DNA of 9,260 nt from a virus (lineage: Duplodnaviria; Heunggongvirae; Uroviricota; Caudoviricetes): the IMG/VR virus record IMGVR_UViG_2671180543_000004. The stretch is one strand, 5' to 3'. The position numbers were made by a program, and so were the translations under genes. Below are positions 1-7,013 of the stretch, piece by piece. Each line of letters opens with the position of its first letter. Position 1 is the first letter of the stretch. The notes beneath the pieces were generated by a model. It worked only from the letters and a program-made list of their open reading frames with translations. It searched no databases and was not told the DNA's origin.

Positions 1-192
1 GCAGACTTCACCGGAGTCGAACAACTGAACCAGTTTTTTCTGCCCGCTGTCACCCGGACGCCAGGCCAGCGTCGCCGAAGTATCACCAACGGATTTCTGC
101 CCCTGGGTTGTCGTTTTCCAGTCTGCATCTTTATCATCGAGATAAGTGTCATCTTCTGCATCAGCGGTCATTTCGCCAGGTTGCAGATCCTT
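1..192 (-). CDS. V: Major tail protein (lambda gpV-like); internal fragment, start hidden in the N-masked gap, 3' end beyond the window start
   Basis: Minus-strand translation of 192..1 in the frame with codons at 192-190 ... 3-1: [63 protein letters not shown] vs lambda gpV (recalled [62 protein letters not shown]), roughly lambda residues 43-106. The ORF track does not list it because both ends are cut. Confidence 0.8.
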
Positions 193-442
193 NNNNNNNN
201 NNNNNNNNNNNNNNNNNNNNNNNNNNNNNNNNNNNNNNNNNNNNNNNNNNNNNNNNNNNNNNNNNNNNNNNNNNNNNNNNNNNNNNNNNNNNNNNNNNNN
301 NNNNNNNNNNNNNNNNNNNNNNNNNNNNNNNNNNNNNNNNNNNNNNNNNNNNNNNNNNNNNNNNNNNNNNNNNNNNNNNNNNNNNNNNNNNNNNNNNNNN
401 NNNNNNNNNNNNNNNNNNNNNNNNNNNNNNNNNNNNNNNNNN

Positions 443-796
443 GGCCATCTCATTATCACGTTGATAGTTAAAACCGAGTGGGATCATGGTGTCGATGAGT
501 CCGGAAAGCACCGGAATATCCTTCATGGCCGGAAATATGGTGTTCTCCATCCACGTATCCAGCTCAGAATCCGGCGCCTGTGCACGGACGAAAACGGCAA
601 TATGCAGAACAGCCTGCCAGTCGTCCTCATCCGTCATTTTTCCGGTGTACTGCGCATCACTCAGCCACACCGCCACGGCGGGCAGTTCCTGCGCATCAAT
701 AAATGCCGGAAGCCCGTCAAAAAACGTGGCGCTGTCTCCACACTGTTCCCGAAGGCGTGCCAGCACGCTCTGACGGATTTGTGTGTGTCGGTTCAT
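443..796 (-). CDS. U: Tail terminator protein (lambda gpU-like); visible 5' part only, 3' end lies in the N-masked gap
   Basis: MNRHTQIRQSVLARL...GDSATFFDGLPAFIDAQELPAVAVWLSDAQYTG...DWQAVLHIAVFVRAQAPDSELDTWMENTIFPAMKDIP vs lambda gpU (MKHTELRAAVLDAL...TGATFFDGRPAVFDEADFPAVAVYLTGAEYTG...TWQAELHIEVFLPAQVPDSELDAWMESRIYPVMSDIP). 118 codons are visible before the N run. By lambda length the stop would fall near 400 inside the gap. The post-gap extension of the ORF to 161 is an artefact. Confidence 0.85.
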
Positions 797-1380
797 TTAC
801 TCAGATGTAACCTCAGTTGTTGTTTCAGGGCATACCCCAGCTGTTTCGGCATTTCCGCAGCAATGATGCGGTCGCGGGCATCTTCAAATGCCTGTGTCAG
901 CGGTCCGGACATCGGGATTTTCACCACATCAATGGGGTAACGATTTTTGCCGTCAATACGCCGCATCACATGCCAGCGACCATTCGCCAGTTGCTGAATA
1001 AACGCATCCCGGAAAAGGTATTTCCCCACTTTCAGTACGCTGCCACGATGACGTGAGTTGCTGCCATGCCGGGAGCGGGCCAGTCTGACCTGTGCGGTAC
1101 CCAGCTTAATGGCGGGCAGGTTACCCCGGTTAACACGCATGCGGGCATACATTTTTCCTGAGGGGCTGGCTTTAAGCAGCCTGACACGCTCCCTGACCGT
1201 TTTCAGGGGAATACCTTTCACCTGGTTATCCCCGGCAACGGTATTCTGCGCAACCTGCCGTGTGGCGACAGAAACAATCTTTGCCGCCACACGGTTTACC
1301 GCCCATGCGCTGGTCTGTGGCACCATGCGGGTATCGAGGCTGTTCAGATTGCGGATGGCATTCTCAAGTCCCTTCATCAT
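793..1380 (-). CDS. Z: Tail assembly / tail completion protein (lambda gpZ-like), 195 aa
   Basis: MMKGLENAIRNL...VNRVAAK...NRGNLPAIKLG...FIQQLANGRWHVMRRIDGKNRYPIDVVKIPMSGPLT...LGYALKQQLR vs lambda gpZ (MAIKGLEQAVENL...INRVAS...NRGDLPVIKLG...FIQQLKNGRWHVMQRVAGKNRYPIDVVKIPMAVPLT...LGYALQHQLR). The start overlaps the FII end. Its TGA (793-795) overlaps the U ATG (794-796). Confidence 0.92.
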   Translation of the reverse strand: MMKGLENAIRNLNSLDTRMVPQTSAWAVNRVAAKIVSVATRQVAQNTVAGDNQVKGIPLKTVRERVRLLKASPSGKMYARMRVNRGNLPAIKLGTAQVRLARSRHGSNSRHRGSVLKVGKYLFRDAFIQQLANGRWHVMRRIDGKNRYPIDVVKIPMSGPLTQAFEDARDRIIAAEMPKQLGYALKQQLRLHLSK

Positions 1381-1741
1381 ATCGCCTCATTCTGGCATTA
1401 TTCTGTGGGGCAGGACTGCCCCGCCTTAACCGGATATAACAGCATCCCCCGTCATCCGGAGTAATACGATCCACAAAGAAAGAATCATCCCCGATAGTTA
1501 ACGTATCCTGACGGCGTAACTGCGATATATCTGCCGTTTTCACAAACAGGCACGGTGAGGAATCCTCAAGCCGGATCCCCCCGGCAACAAAAGAAATACT
1601 TTCGGGATCATCAAAAACCCCTGTCAGGTGTGTCCCCTCAAGTTCTCCGGACGTAATGACGGCGCTGATCCCCATATCACGGAGAATGACTTCATTGACA
1701 CCGGCAAGCGCAGCATCAAACAGATTATCGAAACCGTCCAC
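1364..1741 (-). CDS. Fii: Head-tail connector / head completion protein (lambda gpFII-like), 125 aa
   Basis: MDGFDNLFDAALAG...MGISAVITSGE...GVFDDPESISF...SSPCLFV...QLRRQDTLTIGDDSFFVDRITPDDGGCC vs lambda gpFII (MADFDNLFDAAIA...MGTSATITSGE...GVFDDPENISY...SSPSLFV...QLRRGDTLTIGEENFWVDRVSPDDGGSC). Apparent GTG start at 1739-1741 with AGGAG 7 nt upstream. Stop TGA at 1364-1366. Confidence 0.9.
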   Translation of the reverse strand: MDGFDNLFDAALAGVNEVILRDMGISAVITSGELEGTHLTGVFDDPESISFVAGGIRLEDSSPCLFVKTADISQLRRQDTLTIGDDSFFVDRITPDDGGCCYIRLRRGSPAPQNNARMRRYDEGT

Positions 1742-1752
1742 GACATCTCCTG

Positions 1753-2139
1753 TTACTGCCTTTTTGCCAGACCACCTGCCGCCATGCTGGCAGCCACCTC
1801 AGCAGAAACACGAAACGACGTTCCCGGTGAAACAAATATCACTGAACCATTACATTTTGTATGCAGTGTCGCCAGTGCCACCACCGTAACCTGCCCCGTT
1901 TCGTCTCCGGTAACAATGCCTGGCTGTTCAGGAACTGACTCGCCTTTATGCGCGGTCGGATCATCTTTCGATGGTGAGTACGTATCCGGCTCTGCGACCT
2001 CCCCCGCATCTCCAAGCTCTTCCTCCAGTTCCGCCACTCGCTGCGCAATATCTGCCGCACTACCGGAGACATCCGGTTCACGCCCCAGCCTCTCAGCCAG
2101 CTCACAAAGACGTTTCAGGTTTTCTTCTTTCGTAGCCAT
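1753..2139 (-). CDS. Fi: DNA packaging / head assembly protein (lambda gpFI-like), 128 aa
   Basis: MATKEENLKRLCELAERLGRE...RVAELEEEL...VTVVALATLHT...VSPGTSFRVSAEVAASMAAGGLAKRQ vs lambda gpFI (...LALRVAELKEEL...LVTVVALVKLHT...VLPGTAFRVSAGVAAEMTERGLARMQ). Start taken at ATG 2137-2139, preceded by AGGAG, rather than the upstream alternative start at 2172 that lies inside the hairpin. Stop TAA at 1753-1755. Confidence 0.88.
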   Translation of the reverse strand: MATKEENLKRLCELAERLGREPDVSGSAADIAQRVAELEEELGDAGEVAEPDTYSPSKDDPTAHKGESVPEQPGIVTGDETGQVTVVALATLHTKCNGSVIFVSPGTSFRVSAEVAASMAAGGLAKRQ

Positions 2140-2158
2140 ACCCGCTCCTGATTGAATG

Positions 2159-2182
2159 AAAAACGGGAGCATTTAGCTCCCG
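2159..2182 (-). terminator. Putative intrinsic terminator or attenuator hairpin immediately downstream of E
   Basis: Minus-strand reading: CGGGAGC-TAAAT-GCTCCCG (7-bp perfect stem, 5-nt loop; plus-strand 2164-2182) followed by TTTTT (plus-strand A5 at 2159-2163). It starts 9 nt after the E stop and ends 19 nt before the FI start. Confidence 0.5.
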
Positions 2183-2190
2183 CTCACGGA

Positions 2191-3219
2191 TTATTTCACC
2201 TGCACCACCACAAACTCATCCGGATCCGGCAGCACCATCAGCGGCGCGGACTGCGTCATGGTGAATTCACGCGCCGGATCACCCACGGTCAGCCAGTGTT
2301 TCGGATAACGGGAAGACGCCACCACGCCTTCAGACAATGCCTGCGCATCCTGAATGGCACCGTAGCAACGAATACCCTCTGCGGCCGTATTTCCCAGTAC
2401 CAGTGTGCCGTCCGGCAGATAACGTTTTTCGGTACCGTCCTCTGCCACATAGGACGTTTTTGCCACCACGATTGCCAGATCACCATAATACCCTTTGAAG
2501 GACACCACCGCCCCCAGGTCTTTCACTGCCGTTTCCAGCTGTGAATTTGAGCCACGACGGGTATCCAGTTTTTCGCGGAACAGCTTAAAGCCATTCAGCA
2601 GACGCCAGACCTTACCATCCATAATGGCAATATTGATGGTGCCGGAAGCAAAATCACAGTACGCATCCAGATCATGCGTCGGATCAAAGGTATCGCGGTC
2701 CTGAGCGCTCCACTCCGTCCCTCCTGCCTGCGTAATGTTATTTCCCACCGACCGGCCAAAATCGACCTCAACAGTTTCAAACTGCTCTCCTTCCATGGTG
2801 TATTTGCCATACAGCACGGCATTCACCGCCTGCATCTCTTCCACCTGGACAATGGCGTGCTCTTCCTGTTTGAGGTTATCGGTGATGATACGCAGGCGAC
2901 GGTAAGCCGGGCCGTTCAGCTGGGCCGGATCTTCACCGGGAAGACGCTCCACCGCCTGCTGGTAATTAAATTCGTGTTTCGGCTTAACGTAGCCCGGGCG
3001 CAGTACACGAGTTTCACCGCCACGGTGACGCAACACCTTTCCTTCAACAACCGGGGAGACATAGGCCGCCACCGGCGTTTTTCCGGTAATTTTGTCCAGC
3101 ATTACCTCTTCGGTATGGAAATTCACCGTACGGCGGAAAAACAGCTCCAGAAACAGCGCACGAAATTTAACTTTTTGTTCGGTATAACCGAGTAACTGGC
3201 GGGTCGTAAACAATCCCAT
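2191..3219 (-). CDS. E: Major capsid protein (lambda gpE-like), 342 aa
   Basis: Alignable along its whole length with lambda gpE (PGYVKPKHE; AIVQVEEMQAVNAVLYGKYTMEGEQF; NNITQAGGTEWS; KEKLDTRRGSNSQLETAVKDLG; VLGNT; TGDPAREFTMTQSAPLMVLPDPDEFV). ATG at 3217-3219 preceded by GAAAGGAA. Stop TAA at 2191-2193. Confidence 0.95.
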   Translation of the reverse strand: MGLFTTRQLLGYTEQKVKFRALFLELFFRRTVNFHTEEVMLDKITGKTPVAAYVSPVVEGKVLRHRGGETRVLRPGYVKPKHEFNYQQAVERLPGEDPAQLNGPAYRRLRIITDNLKQEEHAIVQVEEMQAVNAVLYGKYTMEGEQFETVEVDFGRSVGNNITQAGGTEWSAQDRDTFDPTHDLDAYCDFASGTINIAIMDGKVWRLLNGFKLFREKLDTRRGSNSQLETAVKDLGAVVSFKGYYGDLAIVVAKTSYVAEDGTEKRYLPDGTLVLGNTAAEGIRCYGAIQDAQALSEGVVASSRYPKHWLTVGDPAREFTMTQSAPLMVLPDPDEFVVVQVK

Positions 3220-3276
3220 AAATCAGTTCCTTTCATTCAGAAATCAGTCAGGCTACCGCAGTGACCTGATAAAATG

Positions 3277-3624
3277 TTACGGCAGCGCTGCGTGACTCAG
3301 GGCACTGCCGGCAAAGGCATTCGCCTTTTTGTGTGTATCCACTCTCTCAGGCCAGTGGATGGCCTCCGTCGCAAAGGTCCCCGACTTGTAATACGTCAGC
3401 ACCGTCTCTGTACCTTCAAGCGGCAGTACCAGTATGCCAACCACATGGCCTGCCTTCTGTCCGTCCCAGACCACCAGTTTCCCGGTATCCTCATCCAGCA
3501 TCAGGGGCGTCAGAGCCGGTGTTGCCGAGGAAATCCCGCTGCTGCCTGTGGCGGTATGGGCCGGATCATTACCGGCAAAAATACGTACTTCCGCACGCTG
3601 TTCAGTGATGGTTTTCGTTACCAT
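3277..3624 (-). CDS. D: Head decoration protein (lambda gpD-like), 115 aa
   Basis: ...DPAHTATGSSGISSATPALTPLMLDEDTGKLVVWDGQKAGHVVGILV...TYYKSGTF...AFAG vs lambda gpD (...[37 protein letters not shown]...GILA...TFYKSGTF...AFAG). ATG at 3622-3624, stop TAA at 3277-3279. Confidence 0.92.
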   Translation of the reverse strand: MVTKTITEQRAEVRIFAGNDPAHTATGSSGISSATPALTPLMLDEDTGKLVVWDGQKAGHVVGILVLPLEGTETVLTYYKSGTFATEAIHWPERVDTHKKANAFAGSALSHAALP

Positions 3625-3763
3625 ATTGTAAAAACCTCATATTGATGGTCAGCACTGACTTCATGGCATGGCCATGAGCATTTTCACGTCCGCATCACCG
3701 TCTGCTGACGTCTGTGGCACGCCACCCTGTACCGCTGCCGGTGAATGGTTCGCCATGAAATGT

Positions 3764-5230
3764 TCAAACATGGCGGTTGTGGATGCAGAAACCGGTTCTG
3801 CCCTGCCTGAGGCTGCCGCCNNNNNNNNNNNNNNNNNNNNNNNNNNNNNNNNNNNNNNNNNNNNNNNNNNNNNNNNNNNNNNNNNNNNNNNNNNNNNNNN
3901 NNNNNNNNNNNNNNNNNNNNNNNNNNNNNNNNTTTTCAGCCTGCGCCTCTGCCCCTTTTGCCTCATCCAGGGCCATAATCTGATCACGAAGTGAGGGTCC
4001 GGCATTCGCCTGCGGTGAAGCAGCCAGAATCGGACGGGCTTTTTCCACCGTCATCTCCGGCATCGCCGCCAGCGTTGCCGCCAGTTGTTCACGTCCTTTC
4101 GCCTCTTCACATGCCATAATGCGATCGGCTTCACTCTGCGCAGATACACCAGATTGTTGCGGTGCCGCCACGGCCAGAATCGCCCGGGCCTGCTCAACGC
4201 TCATACCCTGTTGCCCTGCCAGCATCGTGGCCAGTTGTTCACGTCCTTTCGCTTCCTGACACGTCAGGATCCCCATCACTCGCTGGTTCTCCTGCGCGGC
4301 AGCCTCCGTTGCAGTTAATTGCGGCATAGTGCCTCCTGTATCGTGTGTGTTCAGCGTCGCAGCCATCACGCTGATGGCGTCCGACGCATTGATTAATTCA
4401 TCCGCCAGTTCGGCCTCAATACCGGACTGACCTTCAAAAACGGCGGCCTCTGTTCCCATAACCGCATCCACAGATAAACCGGTATACATCGCCACTTTTT
4501 CAGCAAACATCCGGCGCGCCGCATCAATGCGCTGCTGCATGTCCTGGCGAACCTTTGCTGGCAGGGATTCAAACTGATTGCCATCCACCTTGTGCGATCC
4601 GGCGTAAATCAGCGTGATATCCACACCGGCCTGTGCCAGATGGCCGGCATAGCTGACATGGCCCATCATCACCCCAATGGAGCCGATACGGGATGTCTGG
4701 GTAACCAGCCGTCGGGAGCAGGCCGATGCCAGTAACATGGCGGCTGAACAGGCCGTGTCATTGCACAGTGCCCAGACAGGCTTCAGCTGCCGGAGACGGT
4801 AAATCATGTCAGCGCAGTCAAACGCGCCGGTGGCCTGCCCGCCAGAACTGTCAATGTCCAGCAGTACGCCCCGTACCTGAGTGTCCGCCATTGCCTGCTG
4901 AAGACAGGCGACAATGCCGTCATAGCCAGTCATTCCGGAAAATGGCCGCATGCCACCCAGCCGGTGTACCAGCGTGCCGGTCACCGGCAGTACAGCAATA
5001 CCGTTCACCACCCGGTAAACACGGGCAGGTCGTTTGCCTCCGGCCATGTACTCGTCCGTTTCAGCCAGCATCCCGGGAGCGTCAAGCTGTACCTGCTGTT
5101 GCGGTACCGAAAGGCTTGCTGCGCCCATCTCACGCCCGAGCGCGCAAAAGAAAACCCGCGCATAGGCGGGCTCCAGAAGCAGCGGCTCATTGAATGCCGC
5201 AGCGATAATATGTGAAAGATTACGTCTCAC
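3764..5230 (-). CDS. C: Head protease / minor capsid protein C with C-terminal scaffold (Nu3-like) module; S49/ClpP-like peptidase family
   Basis: N-terminal two-thirds aligns with lambda gpC (AFNEPLLLEPAYARVFFCAL; NGIAVLPVTGTLV; KPVWALCNDTACSAAMLLASACSRRLVTQTSRIGSIGVMMGH; ITLIYAGSHKVDGN). GTG start at 5228-5230, preceded by AGGAG, overlapping the end of B as in lambda. The C-terminal region holds about three 50-aa repeats similar to the single lambda module RIMGILNCEEAHGREEQARVLAETPGMTV. The masked gap 3821-3932 interrupts the 3' end, so the true stop may be 3764 or, in the other frame, 3661. Confidence 0.88.
   Translation of the reverse strand: MRRNLSHIIAAAFNEPLLLEPAYARVFFCALGREMGAASLSVPQQQVQLDAPGMLAETDEYMAGGKRPARVYRVVNGIAVLPVTGTLVHRLGGMRPFSGMTGYDGIVACLQQAMADTQVRGVLLDIDSSGGQATGAFDCADMIYRLRQLKPVWALCNDTACSAAMLLASACSRRLVTQTSRIGSIGVMMGHVSYAGHLAQAGVDITLIYAGSHKVDGNQFESLPAKVRQDMQQRIDAARRMFAEKVAMYTGLSVDAVMGTEAAVFEGQSGIEAELADELINASDAISVMAATLNTHDTGGTMPQLTATEAAAQENQRVMGILTCQEAKGREQLATMLAGQQGMSVEQARAILAVAAPQQSGVSAQSEADRIMACEEAKGREQLAATLAAMPEMTVEKARPILAASPQANAGPSLRDQIMALDEAKGAEAQAEXXXXXXXXXXXXXXXXXXXXXXXXXXXXXXXXXXXXXXGGSLRQGRTGFCIHNRHV
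3933..4380 (-). repeat. Intragenic tandem direct repeat, 150-bp period, about 3 imperfect copies, within the 3' part of gene C
   Basis: Identical 23-mer gccagttgttcacgtcctttcgc at 4080-4102 and 4230-4252. gccagaatcg at 4023-4032 and 4173-4182. Both pairs are 150 bp apart. A more diverged copy sits at about 3933-4080. Protein-level repeats: RVMGILTCQEAKGREQLATMLAGQQGMSVEQARAILAVAAPQ / RIMACEEAKGREQLAATLAAMPEMTVEKARPILAASPQ / QIMALDEAKGAEAQAE. Confidence 0.8.
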
Positions 5231-6813
5231 GTGATGTTGTCTCCTCTTCCGGCCTGCGACTCTCCGCTATCTGCTGCTGATACGCCTGGGCTATCCACAC
5301 CGGACGTGAGAGTCCGGCTTTTTCGCGCTCTGCGGATTCCCTGACCTGCTGGCGGAAAATGTCCTGATAATCTTCGCCCATCAGTGCCAGTTCTTTCTCA
5401 TACGTGCTCAGTCCGGCCTCAATGCGCATCACCGATTCCTGGACCTCCTTGAGCCCGTCAATGGCCATTCTTCCGGAGCTAATCCACTCTGCCCGTGACC
5501 AGGCTGAACGCGCCTGGTAAAAATCAAAACGCGCCCGTGGCGGACGAATAATCCCCCGAAGAAGCGCCTCTTCCAGCCAGCAGGAAAACATCTGCGTGGC
5601 CAGCCGGGCCGCAATAAATTTTCGCCGCCCCATAAAATAGCGCCACGACTCATTGGCGGAGGCGCGGGCACTTGAGTAACTGACCTTCGAGTAATCACGG
5701 GACAACTGTTCGTAGGAAACGCCAAGACCGGCTGCAATATACCGCAGCAGCGCCTGTTCAAGCGCCGAAAATCCATTGTCTGAATCCTGCGCTGTCTGCA
5801 GGTTCAGCGCATCGCCAGGAAAAAAGGTGCGGAATTTTAACACCGCCCAGCGTCACGTTATTCGTGTCATACCAGCGGGTGAACTTCTCCAGAATATTAA
5901 TAAGCGGATTATCCTGCTGACCTTGCGGTGCCCCCGCGATATATTCAAATGCCTTTTCGGTATCAAGTTCACTTTCGATTGTGGCTGCATACATCGCCTT
6001 CACAATGGCCGACTGAAGCTGCGTGGCCTGCAGGGAGTCCAGCATCTTCATCCGCTCCATTACGCTGTAAAACTGATTAGCCCCACGGGTCTGCCCGTCC
6101 TCCACCGGCTCAAAAATATGCAGCATGGCCGGACGCCCGGTGGGAAGCTCACGCGGGATCCGCTCCCAGCGTCCGGCACCAGAGAACGGAAAATCATCCT
6201 CACAGATATGGTACGCAATCGCCCGCCCATACCGATCGACCTCAACCCCGGCCCGCAGAAAGTGGTTCCCCATACCGTGTCCTGGCGTGTCCACCCGTTT
6301 CGGACTCACGGCTTTAAAACGCGTACGGAATAACTGCGTGGTTTCCGTATCCCAGACCGGCTGCACAAAGATTTCGCCGTTAAAGGCATGCACGCCCACC
6401 CCTTCACGGATAAATTCCGTAAACGTGCGTTTCCCTTCCACGTCGATCTCGCCAAACATTCCTTCTGCGTATTCCGACCAGGCTGCTTCCACCTCCCCGA
6501 CAAAACTTTTTGCCGTGGTCTCCCGCATCCCCAGCCAACGCCAGTTCAGACGGTAGCTGATAAGAAACATGTGCCCGACGATATGATCCTTATGCAGGGC
6601 CACCGCATTAGCCGCGATACCGTTATTGCGCACCAGATCATCTGCCCGGGCATTCCCCAGACGCAATGCAGGCAACAGGGCCGCATCGGCACTCTGCGCC
6701 GGTGGTAACCACTCTGCCATTTGCCCGCCAAATCCTGCGCCGCCTCCGTTGTAGCTGAGACTCTCACGAAGCGGAACGCCGTTCACATCAATCAGGACAG
6801 GCGTTCGTTTCAT
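5220..6813 (-). pseudogene. B: Portal protein (lambda gpB-like) split by a +1 frameshift into two ORFs (6813..5758 N-terminal, 5843..5220 C-terminal)
   Basis: N-terminal ORF (MKRTPVLID...GGGAGFGGQ...GNARADDLVRNNG...FEPVEDGQTRGANQFYSVMERMKMLDSLQATQLQSAIVKAMYAATIESELD...LGGVKIPHLF) and C-terminal ORF (FFPGDALNLQTAQDSDNGFS...LLRYIAAGLGVSYEQLSR...SGRMAIDGLKEVQE...) both align with lambda gpB. The frames switch at the T6 run (A6 on plus strand, 5820-5825). Removing one T restores PHLFPGDALNLQ, cf. lambda PHLMPGDSLNLQ. Stop TAA at 5220-5222. Confidence 0.85.
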
Positions 6814-7013
6814 AACCTCACTCCCAGCGGTCGGCGGCGTCGGGTCGTACCCAGAACCGACTCCGCATCGTTGATCGCACGGTTAAGCTCATTCAGGGAC
6901 GCTGCCGTATATTCGATCCTGCGACCGTCTTTCTGTACCGACACAACCCGTTTACCGGTTAATAAATCAAGGCGCGCCTGACGCAGCGCCTGCAGTTCAG
7001 CGACTGTAACCAT
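6810..7013 (-). CDS. W: Head-tail joining / head completion protein (lambda gpW-like), 67 aa
   Basis: MVTVAELQALRQARLDLLTGKRVVSVQKDGRRIEYTAASL... vs lambda gpW (recalled ...[29 protein letters not shown]...). ATG at 7011-7013 directly follows the A stop. Its TGA (6810-6812) overlaps the B ATG (6811-6813). Confidence 0.9.
   Translation of the reverse strand: MVTVAELQALRQARLDLLTGKRVVSVQKDGRRIEYTAASLNELNRAINDAESVLGTTRRRRPLGVRL

Noticed and set aside
108-940. Plus-strand ORFs 108-464, 146-940 and 181-471 running through the N-masked gap
   Set aside because: They are open only because N runs contain no stop codons, and they are antisense to U and V.
1628-2155. Plus-strand ORF (175 aa), and similar plus-strand ORFs at 817-1056, 1058-1429, 2152-2544, 2674-3195, 3274-3645, 4726-5193, 5776-6333, 6125-6556, 6388-6708, 7073-7426 and 7800-8288
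   Set aside because: All lie antisense to minus-strand genes with clear homology to lambda structural proteins. Their translations are low-complexity, Arg/His/Cys-rich and resemble no protein I recognise, which is typical of spurious antisense ORFs in GC-rich coding DNA.
3220-3276. Possible hairpin in the D-E intergenic spacer (tcagg ... cctga)
   Set aside because: Only a 5-bp stem with a 14-nt loop, which is too weak to call. The spacer is better explained as carrying the E ribosome-binding site.
3625-3660. Near-palindrome catggcatggccatg in the C-D spacer as a possible regulatory hairpin
   Set aside because: The stem is only about 6 bp with a 3-nt loop and no following T run. It may also be coding if the C C-terminus ends at 3661.
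3668-3994. Plus-strand ORF (108 aa) in the C-D spacer and masked gap
   Set aside because: It is kept open by the N run and is antisense to the late operon. No ribosome-binding site or homology is evident.
5758-5843. Programmed +1 ribosomal frameshift in the portal gene
   Set aside because: Lambda-type portal proteins come from one continuous ORF and no recoding signal is recognisable. A single-base homopolymer indel, whether sequencing error or mutation, is the simpler explanation. The frameshift itself is kept as a finding.
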